DNA of 64,000 bases from Paraspadella gotoi. Its lineage: Eukaryota; Animalia; Chaetognatha. The stretch spans positions 21,251,665-21,315,664 of the forward strand of contig CM119269.1 of assembly GCA_051294375.1 (NCBI GenBank), written 5' to 3'. Made by a program: the position numbers and the translations under genes. A model generated the notes under the pieces. It made no database searches, had not been told where the DNA came from, and saw only the letters and a program-made list of their open reading frames with translations. Shown here piece after piece: positions 1 through 12,281 of the stretch. Position 1 is the first letter of the stretch. Every line of letters starts with the position of its first letter.

Positions 1-103
1 TTGGCATGATGAGTGATGACAATGATCCAGATGGACGAACGGTGAATAATAATAACAATAATAATAATAATAATAATAATATCTAAACGAAATTGATTCG
101 CAG

Positions 104-205
104 AAAAGGAAAGAGGACGTCAAGAATACGGCGAGCTCGTAACGGAAGAAGGTGAAGCCGTCATTGACGAAGAAGAATTCGCTTTAATTAAGGTCGGTCG
201 GTCCT

Positions 206-288
<83 letters not shown>

Positions 289-480
289 ATATTTACTGAC
301 AAAAATCGCTTATCTCTAGGAATTAAAAGAACTGAAGGCTCAGTACCGGAGCGGTTACGAAGAAGTGAAGGCGACCAAATCGGAAGTGCAATATTGTCAA
401 AAGCTGGTTGATCAGTGCAGGGAGCGTCTCATCACCGAATTGACGTCTGGTCAGATTTAAAGAGAGCGAGAGAGAGTGAC

Positions 481-573
<93 letters not shown>

Positions 574-3500
574 GGAGAAGGAGGAGAGTGATAATGATAA
601 AATGATTAACTTAAGGTATGCGGATTGCTACTTGTTCCCTGCCGTCGGTTATCCCCACACCGTTCGAAGCGGGATCGAAGGAAACGGCGTGGGAGCTGAT
701 TCCAACTATCACGTAATTCAATGCTCTTTCACAATGCAAAAAAAATATTTTCTATCTGGTACAGTACCTTTTCTCTAGACTCCGAAGTTCAGGAATGAAT
801 AACTCATAAAATATCGTTTATAATGAGCTAAGATTTTCGTAAAAAAGATGAAGGAAAATTTGCTCTATTGCCCACCTGATGGAAAATAATCAATTCAAAA
901 ATTTTGCGCTAAGGTCTTGATTTATTTTTTATTTTGTTTTGCTTCTAAAACAGGCTATTTCTTTTTTAATTTGTTTTATTTTGGTCCATATTAATCGACT
1001 AACATGCCCCGCACATATTGATGAATTTCAGGGAGGTATTTAAAAAAAAATTAGGAGTTACACATAAAAATCAGTTTAAAACTTTTTCACTAAAATAGTT
1101 AAAATAATAAATCAAAATTTCGTGATGATTTAAAATATTGTAAAAGGTGCTGCTTAACCTAAGACAACCCCAAATTTAAAAAAAATTAATATTACCACAT
1201 TTTAGAAAAAACTTGGATTACAAGATTAAAACATTTGTCATTTTTTGAGATATGCAGTCTATATTAAATTTTCTGTCCAGCAAAAGAGGGAATCAGCTGA
1301 TTCACAATATATGTTATATATATAGACTTTTTAAAAATTAACTTGAGTAATATGACCCAATAACTGTCAAAATACCTAAAAAAAACACAAATTTTCAATC
1401 ACTAAACAGCCACCTAAAATTATTAATTAAAATTTTATCTGTAATTTTATACCACTTAAAGTTAAAAATGAAGGAAAACAGATTTATAATTTTTGATTAG
1501 TTTCAAAGTTATTAACCAAAATGTGCAGTGTTAACACAACAAGTTAGATTGAGAAAATTATTTTTTGTAGGGTAAAATATTATAACAGTACAGCGTCGGC
1601 GTCAATATTTACAGGACTGCGGAAAAAACAAAACAAAGGACATCAGTTTGAAAAAGATAGGTGTGTGAAAAAGTAAGTGACTAGTAAGTGAGTTAGCAAG
1701 TGAGTGAGTGAGTGAGTGAGTGAGAAAAAGAGAGAGGGGCAGACTCAAAGGTTTGCGCGTTTGTTGATTGCTGAAAGCTTACCAAATTATGGTGGAACTA
1801 AATCCCACCAACCGTTCATCAGCCGGCCATTAGTGCCGAGGCAAGGTCAGTTCGCTCCCAACCCAAGGTCCGGGGTTCTAGCCCGGGTGGCGCCTAGCAG
1901 TTAAGAGGGACGGGCCGCTTAACCCGCCTGTAACATGGGTGTTACAGCCTGTGATCGAGCTCAGGACTGCTTATATTGAACGTTCTTTCATAACACTTGT
2001 CAATAATTACTGTCTCTTCATTGGTGAGCCGGACTTCCGAACACAACAGCAACAACACTTTCAGGCGCACATGCCTTCAACCTTGGCGGATTGCAAACTT
2101 TCCGCCAACAACACATCAGGCCGAACATGCCTCAACATTGGTGACGCACTTTCCACCAACCAATAACAATTCACTGAAGAGACGCAAGAGACTTCTCCCT
2201 ACGGGGAGGGGGGGATGTATGGTGGACTAAAATCACCCAACCGTTCATCACGGCTATTGTGCCAGAGGCAAGTCATTCGCCTCCCAAACCCAAAGGTCCG
2301 GGGTTCTAGACCCGGTGGGCCGCTAGCAGTTAAGAGGGACGGGGGCGCTTTAACCGCTGTAACTGGTGTTACAGCCTGATCCGAAGCTCAGGGACTGCAT
2401 ATATTGAACGGTTCTTTCATTAACACTTATCAATAATACTGTCTCTTCACCAATAAAAAGTACGGGCCGGCGTTTCCATAAGTTTTGTTAGGGTTTCGGT
2501 TAGGGATTAAGTTTAGATTGAGGGAATAATTATGGATAGGTTAGGATTAGGGTGAAGGATTAGGATTAGGCAAGGGATAAGATTCGAAAATCTGTTTAGG
2601 ATAGCGTTGGGATTAGGATAAGCAGTTTAGAAAAGAGAGAGAGAGAGAGAGAGAGACTGTTCATAAAGCAATAGGTACAAGTATTCGATATTAGCTCTCT
2701 CCTCCCTCTTCTTTTCACATAGTTGTGCCTATAATTTACAAATTCTATAAACCTTGATGATGGTTTGGAATTACAAAGCCGAAACATTGTCCGTTTATAA
2801 ATAAAAAAATTTGTTTGTGATTTCAAATTCTTTTTTTTGCATTTATTTATCATAATTCGATTTTTTGATATGTAAAATGATTTACCACAAAAGTTGGGGG
2901 GACCGAGGACCGACCAAGTGAGTAATAAGTATGACTAAACAAAGTCTGCGTATAATATTGTTAATGTGTTTATTAAAGATCGTAAAAATTTAAAAAAATT
3001 TAATATTTGATCTTATGGTTAAACGAATGGAAGTATTTTATATTATCCAAATACTATATAATGTCCAAAATTTTTATTAAATTCTAATTTTTTAACGGAA
3101 TTCTGATAGAGCTTGAAAGTAGAAGAAGGTTATTATTACAACTTTTTTAAATTTTAATGATTTTGTCTATGAAAATTACAAAACTATTAAATTTAATCGG
3201 ATTGATGATTATTGTTGAGAGATGCCGTTGCTCAATCTGTTTATTTTGTCATCATGATTCGTTTTCTACATTTTGTCTACTCAAGCCTATCTGTGTGCTA
3301 CTTTCTATGCCTTTACCTTTTCACGTTCACAGAGAGCCAGTCACTGTGAGACCTCAGCCCCGCCTAAAACGGCCTTTTTACAGAGGGACCTGAGGCACGT
3401 TGCCACTCAGTCACGTTTGTCACACTTGTATCAGATTCATGACGTTTTGTAACGTGGGCAATAGACTTGTGGTGTCCCACACTTCCGTACAACAGCACTT

Positions 3501-6350
3501 TTGATGGACTTGTGGACAAACTGACTGAGGCAGTGACAAAGAGGCTGACACCTCGCCAACCAAAGAGTCTCGGCGTCACTCGCAATGGCGCACCAAAGGG
3601 GCGCTGGATGCGGCCGCGCCCAATTCCCGGCGACGAGGGAATGTGACGGCAGTCTTCCCCAGTAATGGCGGGACGGGTCATAGGATGGGAGATACACCTG
3701 GCAAGGAGGCTGACTACTAGTTCCTCAACAATGTGATGATATATTTTTAGGTTTTTTTTCGTCAACATTGTTGTTAATCCTTCTTTTTTGTTGTTTTGTT
3801 GATGAGAGAAACTAAATTTTCGTCGGAACAACAAAATAATTTTATTAGGCATAAAATCTTGGACATGTTTCGGCTTTGTTCTCAAGGCCTTCATCAGCAT
3901 TTTAAAAAGACAACATTTTTTTTACAAAAATTGAGTTGGTGAGAGAGAGAGAGAAGAGAGAGAGAGAGAGTTTCCAACTAGAAATTTAGTAAGGCAGTGG
4001 TCAGATGTGGAATAGGTGAAGATGAGGACCGGGGATGAAGAGTGAGTAAAAGTCTAAATTTAACCCATTAATCATTAATATTTTTAAATTGGTAGTATTA
4101 CCTTTATTTAACTTTTTAATCTTATCAGGAATCTATTTTTAAAAATTTTAATTTTTAAATATTTAAAACTTTGTCTAATTTATGCCTGGTTGACTATTTC
4201 AGTATTCACGGTTGATAATATTATTTTATTTCATCTTCACATCAATCTTTCTTTTCTCTACATCAATTTCTTATCAAATCTTTTTTTTCACCTTCATTTC
4301 TCAATTTTCTTTCTCTCCGTCAAACTCTCACTCTCTCTTCTTTCTTCATCAATTTCCCCACATCACTATTTTCATTACTATTTCACACTGACCATTTTTC
4401 AACAACCCTCAATAACCTTACTAAAAGCAGCGATGCAAATTTTTCAGACTTTGAACACAACAACTGGAATCGTTATGATTAATGGAAAGAAAGCGCTTAA
4501 ATAATATTTTTGGTCTTGTTATCTTTTGTTAGATTATTTTCAAGACAGTCGACATTACCCTTATGGTAGTTGCATACAGGGGTCCTTCTTTTTGCTTTTG
4601 CGAGAAGATGTTTGGAACAAGAAAAACTTGAAAGGGGCTATCTTTATGGTGACAAAAGATTAAATTAATTCAATCATTTTCTTCCAAATTTACCTCATAT
4701 TTATTTGAACCAATCATTAGCCTATTTTTATAAATTCTAACTGTGGATCTCGACAGAATGAATACTTATTGAGTAATATAGATTATCCCAGAACTGACTG
4801 ATCTATTATGATTTTTTAATAATAACGATCAAAATCATTGAAAGTTAAAAAAAATAGATTTTCAAATTAAAAAATCTATCTTTTTCAATGTATATCTTTT
4901 TTTTGTCAAAAGTGAGTGGTGTTGCAAAGTTTTGGTTGTTCTTAAAAATGGTTGTTATTGGATTAGAATGCAAAATTTCATTGAATAATATTCATTCCCA
5001 TCAGTTTTTATTAAGCTTTAAAAAATGTTGATTTTACAATTTTTTGTCGCCTTTGTAAATAAATATCTCTGGCGTTGTAAAAAAATATTTTTTAAATGTG
5101 AAAGTATATTTAGAATCAGTATAGCTTTCTACTTTTTAGATGTACTGAGACAATTCAGATTAAACATATATATTAGCATTTCCTTTTTTTGACAAATTAT
5201 AAAAAGATTTTCATTAGTTAAACAAATTTTTTTTAATCGATAAAGTAATCTTACAACAATCTCGCGAGAGAGACAATTGTTTGTATTCAAATTTTTTTAT
5301 AATTGAACTTTTTTAAAGGAACAATGGCTATATAGCTTTTTTACAACTTTTCAAAAATAACTTAAAAATAGAAAATAATTTTTAAATTTTTTTTACGTCA
5401 TTTATTATAGCTTTCAACTAGGACGACTTTCATAAAAATTTTAATTAATTTTGGGTTAATACTTTTAAGACTAGCATGAGAATAATTTTAAAAAAATTTA
5501 GGGCTTGGAGGCGCAAAATTTTGAAATTCCTTAAATCCGTCGGTGGGCAATAAACCAATTATTCCCGCATATGATCCTCGAATATTAAAGAAATTTTAGC
5601 CCATATTTCGAGAGTCTATGAGAAGCCCGAACTTCGTGGAGTCTAGAGAAAAGTTACTGCTATGCAAGAACTGAATCGATTAAAAAATATTACTAGACAC
5701 TGATCCTACCAGATCATGACTCGGTAACTTTATCATATATCTTCGTGTTATTCGTTTGTCCTCGCGAGTCCAGCCAATTCGTTTTATGGTTTTTTGTCGG
5801 TTTTTTTGTATGTATCCGAATCATAATTTTGGCGAGACTCGGGAATAAAATTTAGTCCCTTTTTTTTTGGAGAATTTTTAAAATCGTTTCACCCGTTCTT
5901 GCCTAGAGTTTTACGGGTATATTATTGTATATTATATTGTATATTATCGTTTACCCCTCGTTAAACTTGCACGGGACGGGAGATGCTTTGAACGCTATAT
6001 ATATATTTGCTGGCGTGAAAAATAAAGATATTTTACAAAGACAGAAATAATTAACAGTAATGTTAAGATGGATTGTTGAGTCATTTTTAATTCTCTCTCC
6101 GTCAGGAGTACGACGACAAGATGGATCGCTTCGATCAAGCGCAGCAGAATTACCTCGCCAACTTCACCGAATCTCCGTCCTATTACAACGCCAAGGTGAT
6201 TGGATCGGAAGTTCAGAACTGCGTTCAACCTTTTTAACCTATAAGAGGATCGATTTCAATCCTAACCATCGGATTATCATTCATTAGATGCAATCGGATC
6301 GACGTCTAGTCTACACAGAGGCGATGTCGCAGTTCGGCGTCGGACAATGA
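104..6350 (+). CDS. KIF9: Kinesin-like protein KIF9, 3' coding exons (104-192, 320-449, 616-712, 6106-6195, 6288-6350); gene starts upstream of the window
   Basis: Spliced translation ...VIDEEEFALIK/ELKELKAQYRSGYEEVKATKSEVQYCQKLVDQCRERLITE(F)DVW/YADCY.../EYDDKMDRFDQAQQNYLANFTESPSYYNAK matches the recalled vertebrate KIF9 tail (IIDEEEFLLILKLKDLKKQYRSEY...EIQYCQHLVDQCRHRLLMEFDIWY...DSISFYNAK). GT-AG junctions are in phase. A 1-nt homopolymer deletion near 440 must be assumed. The last exon is uncertain. Confidence 0.88.
1788..2449 (+). mobile_element. Complete miniature LTR retrotransposon (TRIM) with tRNA-like sequence in its LTRs: LTR 1788-2020, PBS 2021-2034, PPT 2203-2215, LTR 2216-2449
   Basis: Two ~233 bp direct repeats, both ending ...actgtctcttca; the second begins tgtatggtgg. 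tTGGTGAGCCGG follows the first LTR; ggggagggggggga precedes the second. Flanks ccaaat / ccaat are TSD-like. The non-coding internal region contains a ~55 bp tandem duplication. Confidence 0.85.
2485..2620. repeat. Degenerate (GGTTAG/TTAGGG)-like interstitial repeat
   Basis: Runs such as gttagggtttcggttagggattaag...ttaggattagggtgaaggattaggattagg; a similar tract lies at 14565-14760. Confidence 0.55.
3862..3897 (-). ncRNA. Minimal hammerhead ribozyme motif (Penelope-like element type)
   Basis: Minus strand CTGATGA-AGGC(cttgagaacaaa)GCC-GAAA-CATGTC: conserved core, stem II and palindromic ACATGT helix III. Stem I is weak. Confidence 0.55.
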
Positions 6351-7249
6351 CGAGTCGGGCGGAGATACTGACCCTCAGTCTCACATCGGCGGTAGATGGC
6401 GCCTTGCAAATCTATCCAAGCGTTGGAAAAACCTGCCCAAATCCTATCTTAGACTTTACGTACCTTTTTTCTTTTCGAGAAAAGGTTCTTTCCCTTTTTA
6501 CAAAAGTCCTGAATTCTGTCTCCCTGTTACCGGTAGGAGTTTCCCTGGAATACGGAAGACCAAAGGTTTTTCCCCCCTAAATTTTTTTTTCTATTTACTT
6601 ATTCAGAAATGCCATTTTATGAAAAGAAAATTATGCAATACTCTTTATTGCTGATATCTCGCCCATTTACTCTTGTTCTTGCTTTTTCTTTTTTATAGCT
6701 TTACGTCGTCGTAAGAATGACAGTGATCTCTGAGGCAAGTGGAAAGTAATTAAAGACGATTGAAAAAATGTCAAACTGATATCATTTTAATTTCATAATT
6801 AATATTTTTTTGTATAAAGGTTGTATTACATATACTCAAATGTGGAGACCATTAAATAAAGATTGTCCGTACATGCTTCTCGTAAGATGAAAGGAGTTAA
6901 AATGAAGATATTAAGACTGAAAAAAGCAGCTACGTATATACAATTATATATATACTGCGGCGACAACAACAACAACAACAACAACAACAACGCGGCAAGT
7001 CTATGTATAAAGTATAATTATATATATATATATATACATATATACAATTGTACATTATACATTGACTTAAAGCTAGTTTAAAAATACAATGTATTTTAAA
7101 TACAAACATATTACATTGTCAAAATGACTTTGTATCAACCCCGAACAAATTAGTATCTACTAAAGATTATAGAAACACCCTAACATGGAAAGTTTTCTTC
7201 ATTAGAAAAACTAATGGAGAAAAGTGAGAATCGCAGCTGTTGAGCGTAA

Positions 7250-7414
7250 AAATGGCGACCAAAACCCGAGAAAAAAAAATTTTGTTTGCGTGAATAAAAA
7301 GTTTTTTTACTCACGATTCTCTCCTCGATTCCATTCGATTCCATCCGATTCCAAATTTACGAATTCAACACGTGACCTTGAATCGAGTCAGTGACCTTGC
7401 TATTTAGAATTCAT

Positions 7415-7486
<72 letters not shown>

Positions 7487-7740
7487 GAGAAAGAGAGAGA
7501 GACGATACTGTCGCTTTGTTTGCTATCCAGCACCCCCACCCCCACGCTCTCTCTTTCTCTTTCCGTCGCTTCCCTTTTCCGCTCCCCTCGTGCGTGCGTC
7601 GGCAGATGTTGAGACTCCCGTCACGTGACGTCGCCGGTAGAATGGAAGCGAGGACGGCGGCCAATTGAAATAGAACGAGCTTCGCGCGTGTCCAATGAGA
7701 GGCTATGGGTGGCGGCGGATTTTCTAAAAGTATAGAAGAA
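7250..7740 (+). promoter_or_regulatory. CpG-rich promoter-like region, probably of the TMEM229B-like gene
   Basis: aaaatggcg (YY1-like, ~7249), cacgtgacc (~7369), palindromic GTCACGTGAC overlapping TGACGTC (7620-7633), two CCAAT boxes (~7661, ~7692) and a TATA-like aagtatag (~7728). Confidence 0.45.
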
Positions 7741-8754
7741 AGAAAAAAAAAACCGTAGTGTCGCTTCTCGTCTCGACGTTCAGACGTCTCTGTCTCTCTC
7801 TATCTCTCGATAAGAGAGAGGGGGTGCTAGAGGATGTGAGAGAAGAAAGAAAGAGAGCGCGAAAGTCTGAATCAGAAATCAGGAAATGCAAAAAAAAAAA
7901 AAAAAAAAAAATCCAACGACGTCTTATTTTACCTCTTCTTCGTCGACTTTGTCGTCTTAATAGACGTCACCGGCGGCGACGAAACGAAACGCGCTCGGAT
8001 GACGTCATTCCGTCTTATTTTTTTTTTTTTTTTTGGTCACGCGACGTCATTGACTTTCGCGATTCGGTCGAAAAAAAAAAGAAGAAAAAATTATCGAAGA
8101 AAATTATTTCTTTTTTTTTTTTTTGCGCCGTCGACGTCTCCGGGGCTTCTTATTTATTGATTTTCGAACAATCGACTTTATGCATACGTATAATATTGCT
8201 CTACGACAATCGACTTAATTTCATAAATAAATTTATCTTTTTTTTCCCTAAAATTTGTAAATGTCGTTGACGCGTTCCACCTCGTCGTCGTTGTCGTCGT
8301 GGTCGTCTTCATCGTCGTTTTTAAGCAATACCTTAACCTTTTCATTCTCTTTCTTTTTTATTAGCAAAAGATCGACAAAAACAAAACTGGTTTTTTTTAT
8401 TATTAGTTTTCATTGTTATTCCTTTTTTTCTCGAATTATCCGTTCACATGATCTCGTCGGTCCACGTGTACTTTTTATTGTCTGGGAGTTTGCTGCGAAA
8501 AAACAGTAAAATGCCTTAAATTTCCAAAAATGTTTATTTTCTTCTTCTTGTCAATGCATTTATTTTCGATTTTTTTTTCATTTTTTAAAAATTTCTTCCT
8601 ATTACGTTGATCCCGTGTTCTCTCTCTGGTAAATTCTATGAATCACGGCAGGTCCTATATACACCAGAAGAGAACATACATTTAAAAAATATGTTTAGCT
8701 GTCTGGCTGTCTATCTCTCTTTTCTTTATTAGTCATCGACCTTTTTTCCTTAAA

Positions 8755-8815
<61 letters not shown>

Positions 8816-9520
8816 CTCGCTCTCTTCCTTTTCTCTTTTAACATCAAATAAATGTTCAACTTGGGTCTTGGTTTTGTTAATTTTAATTTTATACGGTATT
8901 TTCTGATATACAGTAGCATCTGTAAAGAATTTTTTGAGACGGCAAGCTCTATATCTGGAAAACATTCATGATTTTGAACTTTTGTTACTTGCTTCAAAAA
9001 TCTGCCATTATTGTAAATTATTGTAAATTGTAATTTTATTTTTGCGCTTCTATTTCAATAATTAAACTGTTATCTCAGATAAAAAAATAAATTAATTTTA
9101 AGTATGCAAATAAGATTTCAAGAAGGGACGAGTTTACGAGAAATTAAGTTAAGAACGTTAAATGATTAAGTTAAAAATAACAAGTACTATTCCACTATTC
9201 CACTCCGGGAATGTATGTAACGGAAGTTTTAAAACAAAGTTTTTGCAGAGCTTTCAAAAGAATTTCTCTGTAAGTTCCCCCAGTATGTGTTAGAAAAAAA
9301 CGTAGCGTTTTTTTCCTGGCGGGATCGGGATTGAGTAGAATGTTCCCGCTGCCGCTCCGCCCGATGAGCGTCCACATTTCCCACTTTTTCGTTCTCGAAC
9401 AGGGAAAATCCCTTTCCGCGTAACCTGACCACGCTACGGAACGATACCTCTTCATTTTCGAGTGGATTTGATCAGGAGGAAATGAAATAAATAATGAGAG
9501 AGACGGAAAACTGAAGCGCG

Positions 9521-10412
9521 ATGTCGGAAGCGCCTCCGGTGCGAAGTCGAACGGACTGTGGCTGTTCGCCGGCGACGTTGTCGTCGTCGACGACGACGAT
9601 GGAGCAGTGCTCGGCCAAGCCAACTCTCCCTTTAGCTATTCGATTTTACATTTATGCCATTCACGGATGGGTGATGGAGGTAAGTTTTGGGTAAGGAACG
9701 GTTAAATTGAAATATTTGAAGCGTTCCGCCATGTCCGCGTTTTCTAGGTGGCGTTCACCGCCTGTTGGAACTTCGTGGTGACGCGCGACTGGCGTCTTTT
9801 GGGGCACACATCTGTGTGGAGTCTCTTCGTCTACGGAATCAACGCCGTCGCCGTCGAGCAACTTTACAACAGGTAAAAAAATTCCTTAATAATAATACTG
9901 TATATTGTAAAATAGTACAATTGTGTAGTACTATTATTTGGTGGTGGTCTGTTAGTATAGCAAGCCAAATAAAGACTTCTGGTCTGGACCTTGAATCAAG
10001 AGTTTAATTCGCTGATAACGTAGGTTTTCTACGTAAACATGTCGTACAGAAGTTGCATCCGTAGCTTGCGCATGAGCGGATAATGACCCCGCTCATCGCC
10101 AGAACACCAGTCGCCTGAAAACTCAACCTCCTAAACTCATGCAGGCCTGGACTGAGAATACTATCCCTCACCAACAGAAAAAATTTGGCAACATTCAAAA
10201 AATCATGAAAAGAAAAATCGATATTGAAGATCGGATATCTGAATAAATAAACTATAAAGAGGAAAGACAGAGAAAGAAGAGATGGATAGAGGAAGAGGAT
10301 AGGATTTCACTCAAATGGATAGGGCTTTTGTAAAAGCTTTTTTAAACAAAATAGTAATTCTTTAGTAGAGGAAAATTCAGTTTTTTTGTTGTATTTTTTT
10401 CGCTCTCACACA

Positions 10413-10447
<35 letters not shown>

Positions 10448-12281
10448 TCTCTCGATTAACGCTTAGATTCATCTTCTATTTTTCTTTCCCTGTTTTATCC
10501 TTTTTGTTACACGTCCGATTGCCCACTGCTCCCACACAAGGCACCTTCGTAAGATATCGGTCATCCTCCGCCTGCCCATCTTCATCTTCATGGGTTACGT
10601 TTGGGAATATCTGTGCGGATTCGTCCTCCGCACTTTCGACGCTTGTCCTTGGGATTACAGGTGAGAAAGGAGGAACGAAAAAAAATAGGGGAAAAAATGA
10701 GAGATAACATGAAAAAGCGGAGCTAAAAAGACAAGCCGAGGCTTTAAAAAAGAGAAAAATTAAGAATTGAAAAGAAAAGATGAATGGGGATAGGAGAGAG
10801 AGCATCAGCCGCTTCGGAGCGTCGCCTTTTAACGTCTTTGATTCGATTTGAATCTTTTCGAGAAATAATTCCCGACACTGTTGTCGTTGTTGTCATTTTT
10901 TTTTTTAAATTAAAGGATACGAATGAGTTACCGGCTCAAATACTTGTTTGTACTCGTTTTAAAAATTGTCGAATGAAATTTAAGATCACCTCCTTCACGT
11001 AACGAGAAATATTATCGTCACCAATTCCCAAGTGCATTAAAAGCGGCATCGAGTGATCATTGATTTCCAATTCGTTTCCAATCTCGCAGCGACCGCCGTT
11101 GGCAACTGCATGGCCTCATCACCATGGAATACCTTCCCGCTTGGGCCTTTTGCTACGTCTTCTGCGAAAATTTCCTCTTTATCTACTCCTGCGAGAAACT
11201 GAGAATCTCCGATTCCGAGGAAGACGAGAAATCCGCCACTGTGATCAACGCCGGAGAGAATACGCCCGTCGACGGCGAAGAAGCTTCCTCGTCTCCGATT
11301 GGACGAGTCAACTCTTCGACTGTGATTGGTGGAGGAGCGTTAACGCGGCACGTCAACGGCTTCGTTCCCGAGGATCGAGCGGAAGTGGAGGAGGAATATC
11401 CATCGTTGCGATTGAGAAAAGTAGGGGGGGGGAATGTCACTGGTTGGATATGTTTTTGCTCATCTGTTTTTGCTGAAAATGAAGAAACGACTTCGCTTCT
11501 CTCACGATGAATGGTGATTTCGTATGAAGAAAAAAAACTCTCGAGATATTTCTGCTTCCATCTCTCTTCTTGCACCCTCCCTCTTTTTCTCTCCGTGCTC
11601 CAATTCCTTTGATCTTTGTTAACAGTCGGGTTGCCAGTCATACCAAGCTGGCAGGGGCATTTCATAAGTTGGCGTTGGGGGTTCGAACCTTCTACGGCGT
11701 CGTCAGCCACTGTTGTCGTTTTACTAAACTAACGCCGTGGAAATTCGCTAGGATTGTGGAAAGAACGACAAGTTGTAATGGTGCATTCCCCCGATAAACC
11801 AATGGGATTGCGTGATTCAAGACGCAAGTGAGGCGATGCGAATCTTTAGTTCTTACCATCAGCCTTATACTTTTTAATCTTTCCATAAAATATTTATAGG
11901 ATGATTACAATTCAGAAATTACTCTATGAACTAAAAAGTTTGTAAATATGGTTAAATATTATTCAATTTGTAATTTGCAAATATTGCGAAATTCAATGGG
12001 CAACCGTATTTCAATTCTGACCAACATTTTTTTTTTTAATACAAATTATGGTTTTCCTTTTTGTTTCGATTACCAAGCGGGACAAAGAAGACTTTACGCC
12101 GGATACTCAAAGCGGCGTTACGAGGAGGTGCGCCGGCGAAACCGGAACAAAACGCGACGACTCTTCGGCGTCGCCCGAAGACATCGGGCATCAGAGATGG
12201 AAAACAGATAAAACAAATGACACGAAGGATCTCAGAGGGCGCAACGGATTCAGACTGGCGGACGGTTTTTCAGAAAAATGA
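9521..12281 (+). CDS. TMEM229B: Transmembrane protein 229B-like; exons 9521-9679, 9748-9872, 10541-10660, 11090-11420, 12078-12281 (or read-through to the stop at 11510)
   Basis: Spliced protein ...RFYIYAIHGWVME/VAFTACWNFVVTRDWRLLGHTSVWSLFVYG.../...[40 protein letters not shown] matches recalled TMEM229B motifs (YLYAIHG..EVMFTA.WEFV...GVTSVW..FIYG; WEF..GFILRQFNACPWDYS; GLITLEY..PW). All junctions are in phase. Confidence 0.9.
11615..11800 (+). mobile_element. Degenerate tRNA-derived SINE-like fragment in a TMEM229B intron
   Basis: A-box-like taccaagctgg (11641) and B-box ggttcgaacc (~11680) in a GC-rich intronic island; no complete cloverleaf. Confidence 0.35.

Larger units (their letters stand above)
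762..5659. mobile_element. Non-autonomous TIR DNA transposon (~4.9 kb; CAGT termini, Tc1/mariner/pogo-like) filling a KIF9 intron, with nested repeats
   Basis: Left end cagtaccttttctctagactccgaagttcagg (762-) matches the reverse complement of 5626-5659 (cagtaacttttctctagactccacgaagttcggg). Further inverted blocks: attgcccacc (~868) / ggtgggcaat (~5543) and caaaaattttgcgc (~896) / gcgcaaaattttg (~5511). TA precedes the left end; the right flank is cTA. No transposase ORF seen. Confidence 0.7.

Noticed and set aside
120-778. ER/SL-repeat ORFs here and throughout the window
   Set aside because: Translations of intronic (AG)n/(CT)n microsatellites.
1810-1830. CTGATGA on the minus strand of the TRIM LTR (possible retrozyme hammerhead)
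   Set aside because: No stem II followed by GAAA and no cleavage triplet in the right context.
9925-10175. Possible solo LTR in TMEM229B intron 2
   Set aside because: TG...CA ends can be drawn, but there is no TSD and no clear match to other elements in the window.
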